Source: Ruditapes philippinarum
Taxonomy: Eukaryota
Reading direction: 5' to 3'
Length of the DNA stretch: 64,000 nucleotides
NCBI RefSeq assembly: GCF_026571515.1
Contig: NW_026856982.1
Coordinates: 62,001-126,000 of the forward strand
Shown: in pieces, positions 26,738 to 38,600 of the stretch
Layout: every line of letters begins with the position of its first letter
How positions within the stretch are numbered: position 1 is the first letter of the stretch
The notes under the pieces: generated by a model
Database searches by the model: none
Seen by the model: the letters and a program-made list of their open reading frames with translations, nothing else
What the model was told of the DNA's origin: nothing
Position numbers and translations under genes: made by a program

Positions 26738-27116
26738 TAATACGGGGAAGTCAAAGACCGGGCCCGCGAAGCGGGTCCGGGCTTTGGCTTGCCCGGCTAT
26801 AGACTACACGTGTATATTTAAAAGAAAATCAAATAAAAAACAATAAAAAAATATATAGAATTCTATACCTATCAACGAAATTTTCAGTGTCAGTTCTAGT
26901 CGGGCACCGCCATTTACAATATAACTCAATGATAATAGGCGGGGTATTCCGATAACGTACCAAATCTCAACTTTTCGGATAAATAATAATCGTCGAGTGT
27001 TCCGAGTGAAAACGGAAGCAGTGCATGTAATACCGAATGACACATTTAAAACGGAAGGAATGAAAGGAATATTTTAACGACTTCCCTGTTCATAGGCTTT
27101 GCCTAATTTCATATTA
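26738..27116. mobile_element. ~380-bp repeat, copy A, with subterminal inverted repeats and hairpins (Helentron-like)
   Basis: ACGGGGAAGTC...GACTTCCC(T/C)GT; GC-rich hairpin CCGGGCCCGCGAAGCGGGTCCGG; 3' hairpin AGGCTTTGCCT. Near-identical to 27605-27985. Confidence 0.75.
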
Positions 27117-27352
27117 AAACCAGAGACATAGATAACATATGTCTCTGATAAAACTACAACTGAAAATGTAAATTTAAAAATTAATTCAAAGTTTTCCACT
27201 ATACAGGTAGCATTTTATCACTCTTTCTTTATATTATTCATTAAACAGGTGAAGTTCAGTGAAGATTGATATACAATTTACACAGTCACATAATAATATA
27301 ATAATCACATATTACATTATGTATATATTAATTATTAAAATATTACATGTCA

Positions 27353-27486
27353 TGTTACAGAACTGTTAGGTGAAAAGATGTGTAAGCCACCGGAAAGCTC
27401 AGTCGGTAGAGCTTCGTAACTGTATACCAAGTTTCGCAGATTTAAGTCCTGATCAGGCTGTACATTCTTTTTCTCACCATGTGACA
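27353..27486 (+). mobile_element. Degenerate tRNA-like sequence bracketed by short imperfect inverted repeats
   Basis: A-box AGCTCAGTCGGTAGAGC and a decayed B-box (gatttaagtcc). Flanks tgttaca..ggtgaaaagatgtgtaagcc / ggctgtacattctttttctcaccatgtgaca are roughly complementary. Confidence 0.45.
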
Positions 27487-27604
27487 TACCATTGATATAA
27501 TAAGGTAAATTCTAAATTCTATTTTCTTTAAATCAAATTTTTTTTAATATATACACCAGCCTGTCTACACACATCATTCATCAATGAAAAAATATTGTGA
27601 TAAT

Positions 27605-27985
27605 TAATACGGGGAAGTCAAAGTCCGGGCCCGCAAAGCGGGCCCGGGCTTTGGCTTGCCCGGCTATAGACTACACGGGTATATTTAAAAGAAAATTCAA
27701 ATAAAAAACAATTAAAAAATATATAGAATTCTATACCTATCAATGAAATTTTCAGTGTCAGTTCTAGTTAGGCGCCGCCATTTACAATGTAACTCAATGA
27801 TAAAAGGCGGTGTATTCCGATAACGGAACAAATCTCAACTTTTCGGATTATTAATAATCGTCGAGTGTTCAGAGTGAAAACGGAAGTGGGTATATATAAT
27901 ACCGAATGACACATTTAAAACGGAAAAATGAAAGGATTTTTTTACCGACTTCCCCGTTCATAGGCTTTGCCTAATTTCATATTAA
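27605..27985. mobile_element. ~380-bp repeat, copy B
   Basis: Direct repeat of 26738-27116 with scattered substitutions. Confidence 0.75.
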
Positions 27986-28635
27986 TAATAAAACACTTAA
28001 ATAACTCAAATGAGAAAATATTTTTATCAAGCTGATCTAGATACTGTACCTTTTCAGAGCAGCTCACAAATTAGTTTAGTAGATCTATCCAAAATTTCAG
28101 TTATCCGAATGTAAGTATTTTTTAAAATTCTTGACTGACGACTCGAATATGGAAATTTCATAGAAATATAAAAGTATATTTACAAAAACGATAACGGTCT
28201 TAAAGATTTTTCGGGTATTAGACGCAAGAAGAAAGTTATTGCTGTTTATTGTGCAATAAAGTCTGTGTCAATTTGGCGCTTTATTTTTAGGTGCGCGTAA
28301 AATTAGTACGCTGTAGTTATCATTTAACGGTTGAACACTACAAAAAGACATGACTTAAAAAAATCGGCCAAAAAGTTAATCTGAGATTAAAATAAAAAAT
28401 AAATCCTTCAGTTAATCAAATTATTATATTTTTTCTGTTGTGCTTTTTTTTTACGAGACCTTTCTAATTAAAATAATTAACAATTTGAAATTAAAATAAA
28501 GATATTGGAATATAACTTTTGAATGCTATGAGGAGGCTTCGATCGTTCTCTACAGTGAATTAATACTTGTTTGGTTTTTTTCTTGTTTAATTAAGTTGAT
28601 ATATCTCGCGTTCGTGAATAACGTGAATAATAACT

Positions 28636-31600
28636 ATGCCATATAAAAATGTGGTTGCCCAATACGAGCCTCTAGAAGACAAAGGAGAGTTTAAATTACG
28701 GAAGACGGTTTTCCTCGGCTACACGGATGTAGCGGCAGGTGGCATGTAAGTTCTTTGTTATTTTCTCACTCCACATTTGCAATCTGATAAAAACGCTTTG
28801 TAATTAAAACATCATATACAGATATTTGTTGTCCTTTTCTAAATGAAAGCGCAACATAGCTTGGAATAACATTCATTCATTCATTCATTCATTCATTCAT
28901 TCATTCATTCATTCATTCATTCATTCTTATTTATTTATTTGTTTGTTTATTTATAAAATGTTCTTTTTAGAGTTAAGTCGTGTGTCCCATGTTACTGTAC
29001 AAAATACTTCAGTCACTTTGTTGTTCGAAATACAGGGTCATGATTTTTATTCGCAACATTATTCTTTGCAAGCTAGGTGATCGTATTTGATATGAGAATG
29101 AATTTCGCGTAGTTTTTTTCAGACGAGCTCTGCTTGGCATCAACATGAAGAAAGAGTTTTTAACAATAGATATCCCGGAACTGGGTGATGTAAAATTAGC
29201 GGTAGAAAGCACGGAGAAATTAGACCCGAGGGATCAGCCATATGCACCTTTTCAAATCTGGAATCTTAAATATGAACTGGTAAGCATGAGCACGAAATAA
29301 TAAATTGTCACAACTCACCTTGCATTTCTCGTTTGTGCGTCCGTATTAATGCAGTTGAGAAAGGAATACTTTATCAAACATATAATTCCGATATCTAGAA
29401 GATCATGTTCTAATTTAAATCCAAGAAAAATACATGCAACTATAAACCGAACTGAAATGTTGATAAACTGGTGCAAAATAAACCAACAAAACCAAACCAA
29501 ACCAAACAAAAGGAAGGAACGAACGAACGAACGAAGGAACGAACGAACGAATGAAGGGTGGTTGGTTCGNNNNNNNNNNNNNNNNNNNNNNNNNNNNNNN
29601 NNNNNNNNNNNNNNNNNNNNNNNNNNNNNNNNNNNNNNNNNNNNNNNNNNNNNNNNNNNNNNNNNNNNNNNNNNNNNNNNNNNNNNNNNNNNNNNNNNNN
29701 NNNNNNNNNNNNNNNNNNNNNNNNNNNNNNNNNNNNNNNNNNNNNNNNNNNNNNNNNNNNNNNNNNNNNNNNNNNNNNNNNNNATCTGAATAAATGTTGT
29801 TTATTATAATCTTAAAGACCAGTCTACTAGTTAATACATTAAATCAAATACTGAAATGTTTCGAATGACACATTGTATAAAACTTTGGTACACTATGTAT
29901 TTTTTTAATGCATTTTAGAGTGCTGTTTTAAAATATTAATGATGATGTTTTGCTTTTAAATGGCACTTAAATCTCAAAGTGTCTTTGCAGCTAAGAAATA
30001 AATAGCCAAATATAAAATCAGTTTTTGAAGTGTCACAATTAACGTGTGTCTACATTTTAAAATAGGGCACTTGATATATTACTTTGTTTATGTTCTTACT
30101 GTGCAATAAAATCAATGCTGGTTTTAAGATTTGATTTTATAACTCGGTTCGATTTAGTAATGCCCTGTATGAATTTAAGTAAACGATTTTCCTGCTGTAA
30201 GCATGTCTCCACTTTGACAAGAATAAAACAAATTTCGCATACATGCATGTTGCCTTAAATATTTTTTTGGTATGCATGTAATATTATACTTTTAACTATT
30301 AATTAAGCTTTGTAAATTTGAGTAAGTTTCCCTATTCGGCCATTTTATAAAAACAAATCACCGTGTCCTATACATGTAGATGTGCAAGTTTAACATACAA
30401 TGCATATGATGAAAGTTATGGTTATTTTGTATGAAGATACCAAGTAAATTGTTATATTATTAGCTATAAAAAGTATATTAGCTATAACAAGTAGATCCAT
30501 TGGTAGCTGCAGGTAAAATCTTATCTTCTACATATAATACATATGAATATGTTATCAATTTTAAAACATATATATGTTTTGTTTCAGTTTTCTGTTATTC
30601 TAGTCAACACCAAACTGAAAGCAGACAAATGCCACTATGTATGCTCCAAAATAATGGATTTATGCACTCGATGGTAAGCCACTTTTTAAAACCCTTTATC
30701 TAATTAAATTTATTATTCAAGACAGTAATTTAAACACTTACAATCCACGTTAACTACAAAAGGAAGGTCAAAAGGTGCAAAAGGAGCCCTTACTGTGTTA
30801 GTTATGTGGTAAAATCACAGTAATAAATACTGCAAAGTCAGTCTATACTCGCATATAACATGATAACATTATTACTCGAATCTTATTTCTACTTTCTTAA
30901 AAATCTTAGTGAAGTTTTCTCAAGTTTCTGGAATATTCTGGCTTATCTGGTGACATTATATGCAGCTTGAACTGTAAGAATTTAAGAAAATTATAAACTA
31001 AATCAACCAATATAGACTTACAGACATATGCGTTAGACGATTTCCCCAAAGACAAGGGTACAAAGTAAAGGGACATCGTCTAATTAATACGAAAATGCTT
31101 TTAGATTTATATCAATTGTAACTTTAAATTGAAGTTATGAGTTTTAGCAATTAAAATATTTCAAAGCTACTGTTAATGTAAAATACAACAAAAGTATCAT
31201 ATTTTTTTAATGTTTACAGGTGTGTAGATAAGCTGGTTGTTCTGAGTGCACTAAGGTTAGATGTTTCCATGGATAATATTTCTGATATATATGAAACTGT
31301 CATAAATGACATGCCACGTAAGAATTATTTATATGTATATACCTGTATATGTAGTTTACTAAATTCAATCAAAGAATGCAGGGTCACCCAAGAGGCGGTG
31401 GTTACCTACTTATACCTGTACATGTTTTATCAAGTAGAAGTTGAATGTTAATGGACAATATACATTTATTCATAATTCATTATGACTTTTCCCGCAAATG
31501 CAACAATTCAAGTTATAAAGTTGACTAGAACACACGTGTGTCTTTTCTCTTTGTGGACCACATGGATCTCCTTTATAATACGAAGAATATTACATCGTGA

Positions 31601-33067
31601 TTGGAAAATATGCATGCATTATTAAGATATGTAGCTTGAAGTTTTTTAACAACTCCATCATGGAGATAATAAAGCACAAAAAGCATTACAAATGTTATCC
31701 TTGTTCTTAATTAAGCAATTCAAAACAAAAACAATAAGTATATTTTAGTTATCTGCGCTGATATGTGAATATTTCAGTTACAAAATGTCCGGAACTTTCC
31801 GGGGATACCAGGATGAATGACCCATTTCTGAGTACATTAATACAAATGGTACAAGTTGAATACATACCGACATGCTTCCTGTTAATACCTGCCCACAGGG
31901 CGTGTCTTGGTGAAGCACGTGAAACTGACGGCAGTAAACAGGTATTCAAAGTTAATGATAAAAATTTAGACACTTCAATTTAAATTAGAATAATGTATTT
32001 AATAGATAAACAATTATAAGTACTGCCGTTTTTTATAAAAATTAAAGTTAAAGCTTCATGAAATGAGAAATTGCTTAATGAAGTAGAAACGATGCGTAGT
32101 AAGCAATAATGTAACACTTATAGATCTATTCTAATGGCCTAGGTTTGTCATCTGTATTGCTATTAGATACTAGGTTAATATACGCAAGTTTCAGGTGAAC
32201 TTCATAAAAAATATTGTAAATTCCTGTAAGTCAATTATAAGAATGAAGAATTTGCAGATTTTTTTAAATTATTTTATTTCAGGTGATTAAGACATTTCAA
32301 CAAACCATCAATACAGCAACGAAAATAAGCTTTGATCAGGAGTTTAGTAATAACTTGGTTAGTATACATGTATATACGAGTACTTGCATGTCATATGAAT
32401 TTAGTGTATACTTTACAAATTCATTTTAATTTGTTGATCAAAATTCATTTTGACGCTACTGTATGTGATTAAGGAATATAAGTACATGTATATAGGTTAT
32501 AGTGATTTCATTAATGCTGACTAACAAAAACTAACAAACTTAGGATTGAAATTATGCAGGATTGAAATTATGCATCGTGCGACTGTGGTACGCTGATTGA
32601 ACGGGGAAATATTAAATGATATTTTGCACCGATTAATTAAATTTACAAAAGAATTTGAAAAATGGAAATATCTCATTTGACAAAATATATTCAAAATTAA
32701 AACAAATTTCCAATAAAAAAATATAGTGTTTCGTCAAAAGGTGCACGTTGTGACAAAAAATCAAAAATGTATAATTTATGCTGTTCTTGTTATTCAACAC
32801 CTTTTCAGATATACATGTATAGTATGATTGTTTATTCCTTACCATGCTAAATATCTTATATGAATTTGTCTGTCTTTCAATCATAACCATTCATCACTTT
32901 AGGAGGAAACAATTTACCAAGAAACTAGTGAACAGTGAAGACCCTGATCAGACAGCACAAATGAGTTATTTAAATTTTCAATATTTCTAAACATTTTTTT
33001 TCTTCAGATATACAAGGGAGATAATGACCAGAAAGATTCCAACAGTGTCTCAATGATCTACTCGTGA
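28636..33067 (+). CDS. Uncharacterised 249-aa protein, candidate PAC1/PAC2-fold proteasome-associated factor with C-terminal HbYX (Ile-Tyr-Ser)
   Basis: Exons 28636..28745, 29123..29279, 30588..30673, 31220..31317, 31778..31941, 32283..32357 and 33008..33067 (750 nt). All junctions are GT-AG and phase-compatible, with no internal stop. The gene model is well supported; the family call is an inference. An extra exon inside the N gap cannot be excluded. Confidence 0.75.
28870..28926. repeat. (CATT)n microsatellite
   Basis: About 14 perfect units. Confidence 0.95.
29570..29783. other. Assembly gap (N run), preceded by a (GAAC)n microsatellite
   Basis: Run of N. Confidence 1.
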
Positions 33068-33834
33068 AGATGACCGCCATCATATTTCGTGACTTCCTTC
33101 ATGTCCTTGGCAAAGATTGGAATAATAAACTGAAAAGTCTATAATGTCTTATTGCATTGTAATGCAATTGTTAACAGTGCATTCCTTGCAGACATTTTGA
33201 GATATCAGCAAAATGTTATCATAAAATGGTCTTATTATCATAAGAGTTCCACAACTTAAAAACATATAATTTGAAAATCTTACATAATTGTAAATCAAAT
33301 GGGACAGTAAATCCCAGAAATATGAGAAAGATAAAGAAATATGTACAGTATTAAATTGAAAATAGACGTTTAGTGTGAATCTTTGCTCAATTTTCACTTG
33401 AATTAACTTGAAAGGTTTTCATTTTCCACAATAAAAAAGATTATTTTGTAAAAAGCAATGCCAGTGAATTAATGTTCAGAAATTTTGCACACATTTTAAT
33501 GATACACACCTTCACCAAATGGTATAAAAATCTTGAAAAGATATGTCCAGTCCTGTCTAGCAAAAAAAACCTCAGTGGAGTCGCTCTTATGAATTTGTAT
33601 ACAATAAATGCCATTTTTTTTTTTATCTCATATCAATAAATTTGTTAACATGAAATCTAAATGAGTATGCTGTCGTACTATGTTAATAAAATCAATATCT
33701 TGTAATCAATAAGTAATTTATTTATTTAGTATGTTAACTGTTTTTCATCTTGTCACACCATCATACTCATTTCATTATCTTATAAAGTTAAGTTAAAACA
33801 GAGTGGTTATTCCATTTTTTACACACACATATTT

Positions 33835-34080
33835 GCCCCTTGTGGCTGAGGGGCTGCCTTAAAGGATCGAGGGATCAGAATTTCACCCACCATTTATCCC
33901 TGCGTGATCGTAAGAGGCGATAAAATGGGTTCAAATAACTGAAGTCTATGAATCCCTTAGCTCTAGGTTGACCCAGGTATTGATTTAATTTTGTAACACC
34001 CTAGGTAAAACAACTTTCCTGTTTCGGTGCCAAATGACCTAAACTGTGGTAGTGCACCATAAACCCAAACAAAGCAAAAA
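33835..34080 (+). mobile_element. Degenerate SINE remnant
   Basis: GC-richer island with CCCTGCGTGATCGTAAGAGGCGA and a 3' end ATGACCTAAACTGT...TAAACCCAAACAAA, typical of SINE tails. Confidence 0.45.
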
Positions 34081-34521
34081 CATATATTTTCTGATATTCA
34101 AGTTTAATTATCTTATAATGTGTAAAAAATCACATTGCTTATTTCATTTTTATGACATACATTTTTCACATCCAGGGGACATGGACCTGAATTGATGTTT
34201 CATTAGGAAACAAGGATATAAATGAATAAAAAATAAACAAATCGGTTACCAATCTTATATATTTTATTTGTTTCTTAACTTTATACTATTAAAATAAATA
34301 CAATTGCATGATGAAAAAAATTATCACAGATTTATCTAAATACATGTATATACTTTCACTACAAAATGCAAAAACTTGTGTCAGTAACTTTCAAAGCAAA
34401 TCATCATATTTTGTTAACGGTCTTGGCTAACCCACCCATCACATAGACTTCTGACTATGACAAGTGTTTAAATAAGGATTTTCTTGTTATTTAATGTAAA
34501 CTAAATAATATAGAAAGGTTC

Positions 34522-34977
34522 AACAAGAGCCGGTCGAACCGGGTGATGTTCCCTGAAAAGGTTTAAAACACAGAGAAGTAGTTTCTTGTTGAAATCTTGA
34601 AGTTTTGGTTATATCATGGACAAAGTTTACAGTGTAAAAATGATTAAAAACCCAATAACTCCAAAATTAGACAAGGCAGAGTTACTGTTCTTTTGCACTG
34701 TACTTCTACTTAATGAGATCTATCTACCTACAAAGTTTCTTGTTGATATCTCTTGTAGTTTCAGAGTTATGTTCCTGACAATGTTCAAAGTGTAAAAATG
34801 AATAAAAGGGCAATAATTCAAAACTTAGACAAGACAGAGTTATTGAATTGCACTTCTATTCAATGAGATCTATCTACCTACAAAGTTTCTTGATGATACC
34901 TTGTTTTGTCCTTGACAAGAAAAGTGGAAAGACGGACGGACAAAGCCGTGAGGCTTTCCCTTTGGAAAGCATTAAAA
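34522..34977 (+). mobile_element. Helentron-type non-autonomous element with ~2 internal units
   Basis: Head AACAAGAGCCGGTCGAACCGGGTGATG; duplicated unit (aatgagatctatctacctacaaagtttct); GACGGACGGAC; hairpin GCTTTCCCTTTGGAAAGC. Confidence 0.7.
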
Positions 34978-35649
34978 GTGAATAAGCAAAATAAAGAAAA
35001 CAAACTTGTTTAATTTGATCTGGATAGGGTATAAAGTTTTTGTTCATTTCTGAACAAACGGTTATCTTTTACCATAAACAATAACTGTCTCTATAATTAT
35101 TGATTTAAGCAAATCATAAATTCAACTCAAATTCATCAAAAATATCAAAATACCACTATAAAACGGATTTAACTCAAAACAAGATTGGAGCAGTACCTCT
35201 AGACGCTTGCAGAAATCATTATCAGAAAATAGACAAATATCGTTTTTTTTTGCCAATTTTCAATTTTTACATTTATTATCATACATAAATCGGTGTGAAA
35301 AGATGAATTAGACCTTTTAAAGTTCATTCCGTTGGGTTAAAAAGCAAGATTTTAGCATTTTATCATTCAAGCGCCGTGTCCGGTATATACCCAAATACGG
35401 TATTTAGTGTGGTGCTCCAATCCTTTTTTTAGTCTCACTCCTATAAAACAAGACACATTTAAATACACATGGAAATAAAATGCATTATTGCCCCTTTCTT
35501 ATCGTTATGTATACAAAATGAACTTCAAAAAATGGTTCATTTGTACTAATATTCTAGCAAAAAAACCCAAATTTTTTTCATACTTATAAAATAGAAATAT
35601 TTTTTTAGAAGTATTTTGAAATATGAATAAAAATTTACACTAAAATTTA

Positions 35650-38600
35650 CTATAATCTAATTGGGTCATCACTTCTTTCCATTTTAAGTCGTTTCATCTC
35701 GTACATCAGTGAGTAGGTAGAGTTCAATAAATCGTCTGTGGCCTGTTTAAGTCCCTGGGAAGACTGGCTAAATGCTGATGTATTAGTGTGTACTGATGGC
35801 CATATCGTGTCCGTGTACTTGGCCTCGGGACGGTAAGTGGGTGCTGGCATTGGTTTACAAATTGATTGCTCCGCGGCGTCCCAGTGGTACGGGTAATTAG
35901 CTGCCAGCCTCTCTGCCTCACTCAAAGTCTGAAATAATCAAAATATTGAAAATAATTTTTTTTTTTTTAAACTTAACCCTGATTTGAATTTGGAACAGTC
36001 CAATCATATCTTAGGGTTTTCAACATCAAAATACAGAAAATAAGCTACCATCAGTATAAAGCCTGGTCAAACTGCAGCATTGATTTTGATCCTAAACATT
36101 TAAAATTTCCAGATCAAAATATTATTTCAATGACTTTGTTACTATTTATATAACTGTGTTTTATATAACTGTGTTTTATATAACTGTGTTATATATAACT
36201 GTGTTTTATATAACTGTGTTTTATATAACTGTGTTTTATATAACTGTGTTATATATAACTGTGTTTTATATAACTGTGTTATATATAACTGTGTTTTATA
36301 TAACTGTGTTTTATATAACTGTGTTTTATATAACTGTGTTTTATATAACTGTGTTTTATATAACTGTGTTTTATATAACTGTGTTATATATAACTGTGTT
36401 ATATATAACTGTGTTTTATATAACTGTGTTTTATATAACTGTGTTTTATATAACTGTGTTATATATAACTGTGTTATATATAACTGTGTTTTATATAACT
36501 GTGTTTTATATAACTGTGTTTTATATAACTGTGTTTTAATTACATAAAAAATATTTGGAATACTCCTGAATTTCATAATAATATTTAACTAACATAACAT
36601 CACTATTTTTTGTACATAAAACCTACAAAAAAAATATCTTTAATTCAGTTTCCAGTTTATTTTTATTTTTTCCTCTTAGCTTCCACACATGAAGTAAGTT
36701 CCATGAAACATACCAAATAATACAAATATTTCCTTGATAAAACAAAGCAAAACTTATTTTTTTCCTTTTTATAATTATGTATAACAATCAACATTGGTAC
36801 ATTATAATTGACATGATGAGTGCAAAATGTCTTACAGTTTTCATGGAGGATTTGATCCCAGTGGTGGCATCTCTCAGAGCTATGTTAGAGGAAGCTGGTA
36901 CCATGGCAGGCTGTGTCGTGTTCCAACCCTTCAAACAATGCTGAAAAAATATGATAACTTATAATTAATATAAATATTTTCAAAGTTAATATTCATCCTT
37001 ACATAGAGATCCATATTTTGTATTTCGATGCAACCCATCAGAAAAGTATTGCTTAATCTTCTTGCAAGAACTCAGTAACTTGTAATCTTACAATACATTT
37101 ATATCATTTTCAATACATTTTGTTTGTTCTGAATTTGTATTACAAACAGGTAATGTACTAGTCAATTATTTAGTTTATCCAAATTTATTTTAGTTTCTGT
37201 CTGAATCTATAAACTTATTGAAACACTCTAAAATCCCTGACTAGGACCCACCAATAGTAAGCAACAAGTGTAAAGTTTCTTGCTGATAGAAACAAGGCCT
37301 TGCCCCCGACAGGGTTTTAACCTATACCACAAGCAATCCTTAGATGACTAGTCAGTTGTAATCACATCAAAGGACAGTAAGATGGTAAAATCCTCAATCC
37401 ATTCAAGGTTAACACACACTAACATACACACTTGAGAACACCTACCTGTGACAAAGCCATGGAATCTGTGCCATCAAAACTATTTCTACGATGAGGTTTA
37501 ACTCTGTGTGGAGGCATTAACGTAGATCTTGGTATACTCACTCTGAAATAACAACAGTTCTGATTACTAAATTATGAAGCTGTTTTGGTTAAGACAGTAA
37601 GACAAATTTTATTTATAGTCCGTTGTGGTTAACAGTACAAAACATAAGCTTTAAGCTTGTATCAGACATGAAAATGTTCTAGTATGAATAATGCAAAGTG
37701 TGATATCATTTAAGTATGAATAATGCAAAGTGTGATATCACTCTAGTACAAATAATGCAAAGTGTGATATTATTTAAGTATGAATAATGCAAAAAAGTGT
37801 GATATCACTTAAGTATGAATAATGAAAAAAAAAGTGATATCATTTAAGTATGAATAATGCAAAGTGTGATATCATTAAAGTATGAATAATGCAAAGTGTG
37901 ATATCACTCTAGTACAAATAATGCAAAGTGTGATATCATTTAAGTATGAATAATGCAAAAAAGTGTGATATCACTTAAGTATGAATAATGCAAAAAAAAG
38001 TGATATCATTTAAGTATGAATAATACAAAGTGTGATATCACTCTAGTACAAATAATGCAAAGTGTGATATCACTTAAGTATAAAAAATGCAAAAAATGTG
38101 ATATCATTTAAGTATGAATAATGCAAAGTGTGATACCATTCAAGCTTTGCCTGGTATTTATATAAAAAAATTTTAATATGATAATAATCAGATTTTAGTT
38201 ACCGCACAAATCTTGGTTCATCATAGGTTGGTTCCTTCTCTTTCACATGACTGGTATCTGGCTCCTGATAATCATAATCGGCAAAAAGACTTTTCTTAAT
38301 TGGCTCGGGAAACAATCTGTTGTTAACAACGTACGGCTTCACCTCTATAAATATCAAATATAAAACTGTTTGTAAAATCTATTTTCATTGAATGACTGTA
38401 ATGTCTATTCCATTGGATGACTTTTCATGTACATATCAAAAATGCAAAGCTGCAGTTAATCTAGAAATTATTTTTCATTTTCCTCAAAAATAAAGGACTT
38501 GTGTGTTATTATAGATTAGTTAAAAAGATTTTGTGACAGGTATGGCCAAATGCTACAAAACCCCTACCTTGGTTCTAATGTTAAATAAACTTCATTAATA

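Noticed and set aside
27385-27460. Functional tRNA gene
   Set aside because: The T-arm/B-box is degenerate and the acceptor stem pairs poorly; treated as a tRNA-derived repeat.
36142-36576. ORFs on both strands encoding (KTQLY)n and (FYITV)n
   Set aside because: By-product of a 15-bp stop-free intronic minisatellite; no splice or codon evidence.
37680-38143. ~31-bp repeat array resembling CRISPR
   Set aside because: Units are contiguous with no unique spacers, there are no cas genes, and it lies in a eukaryotic intron.
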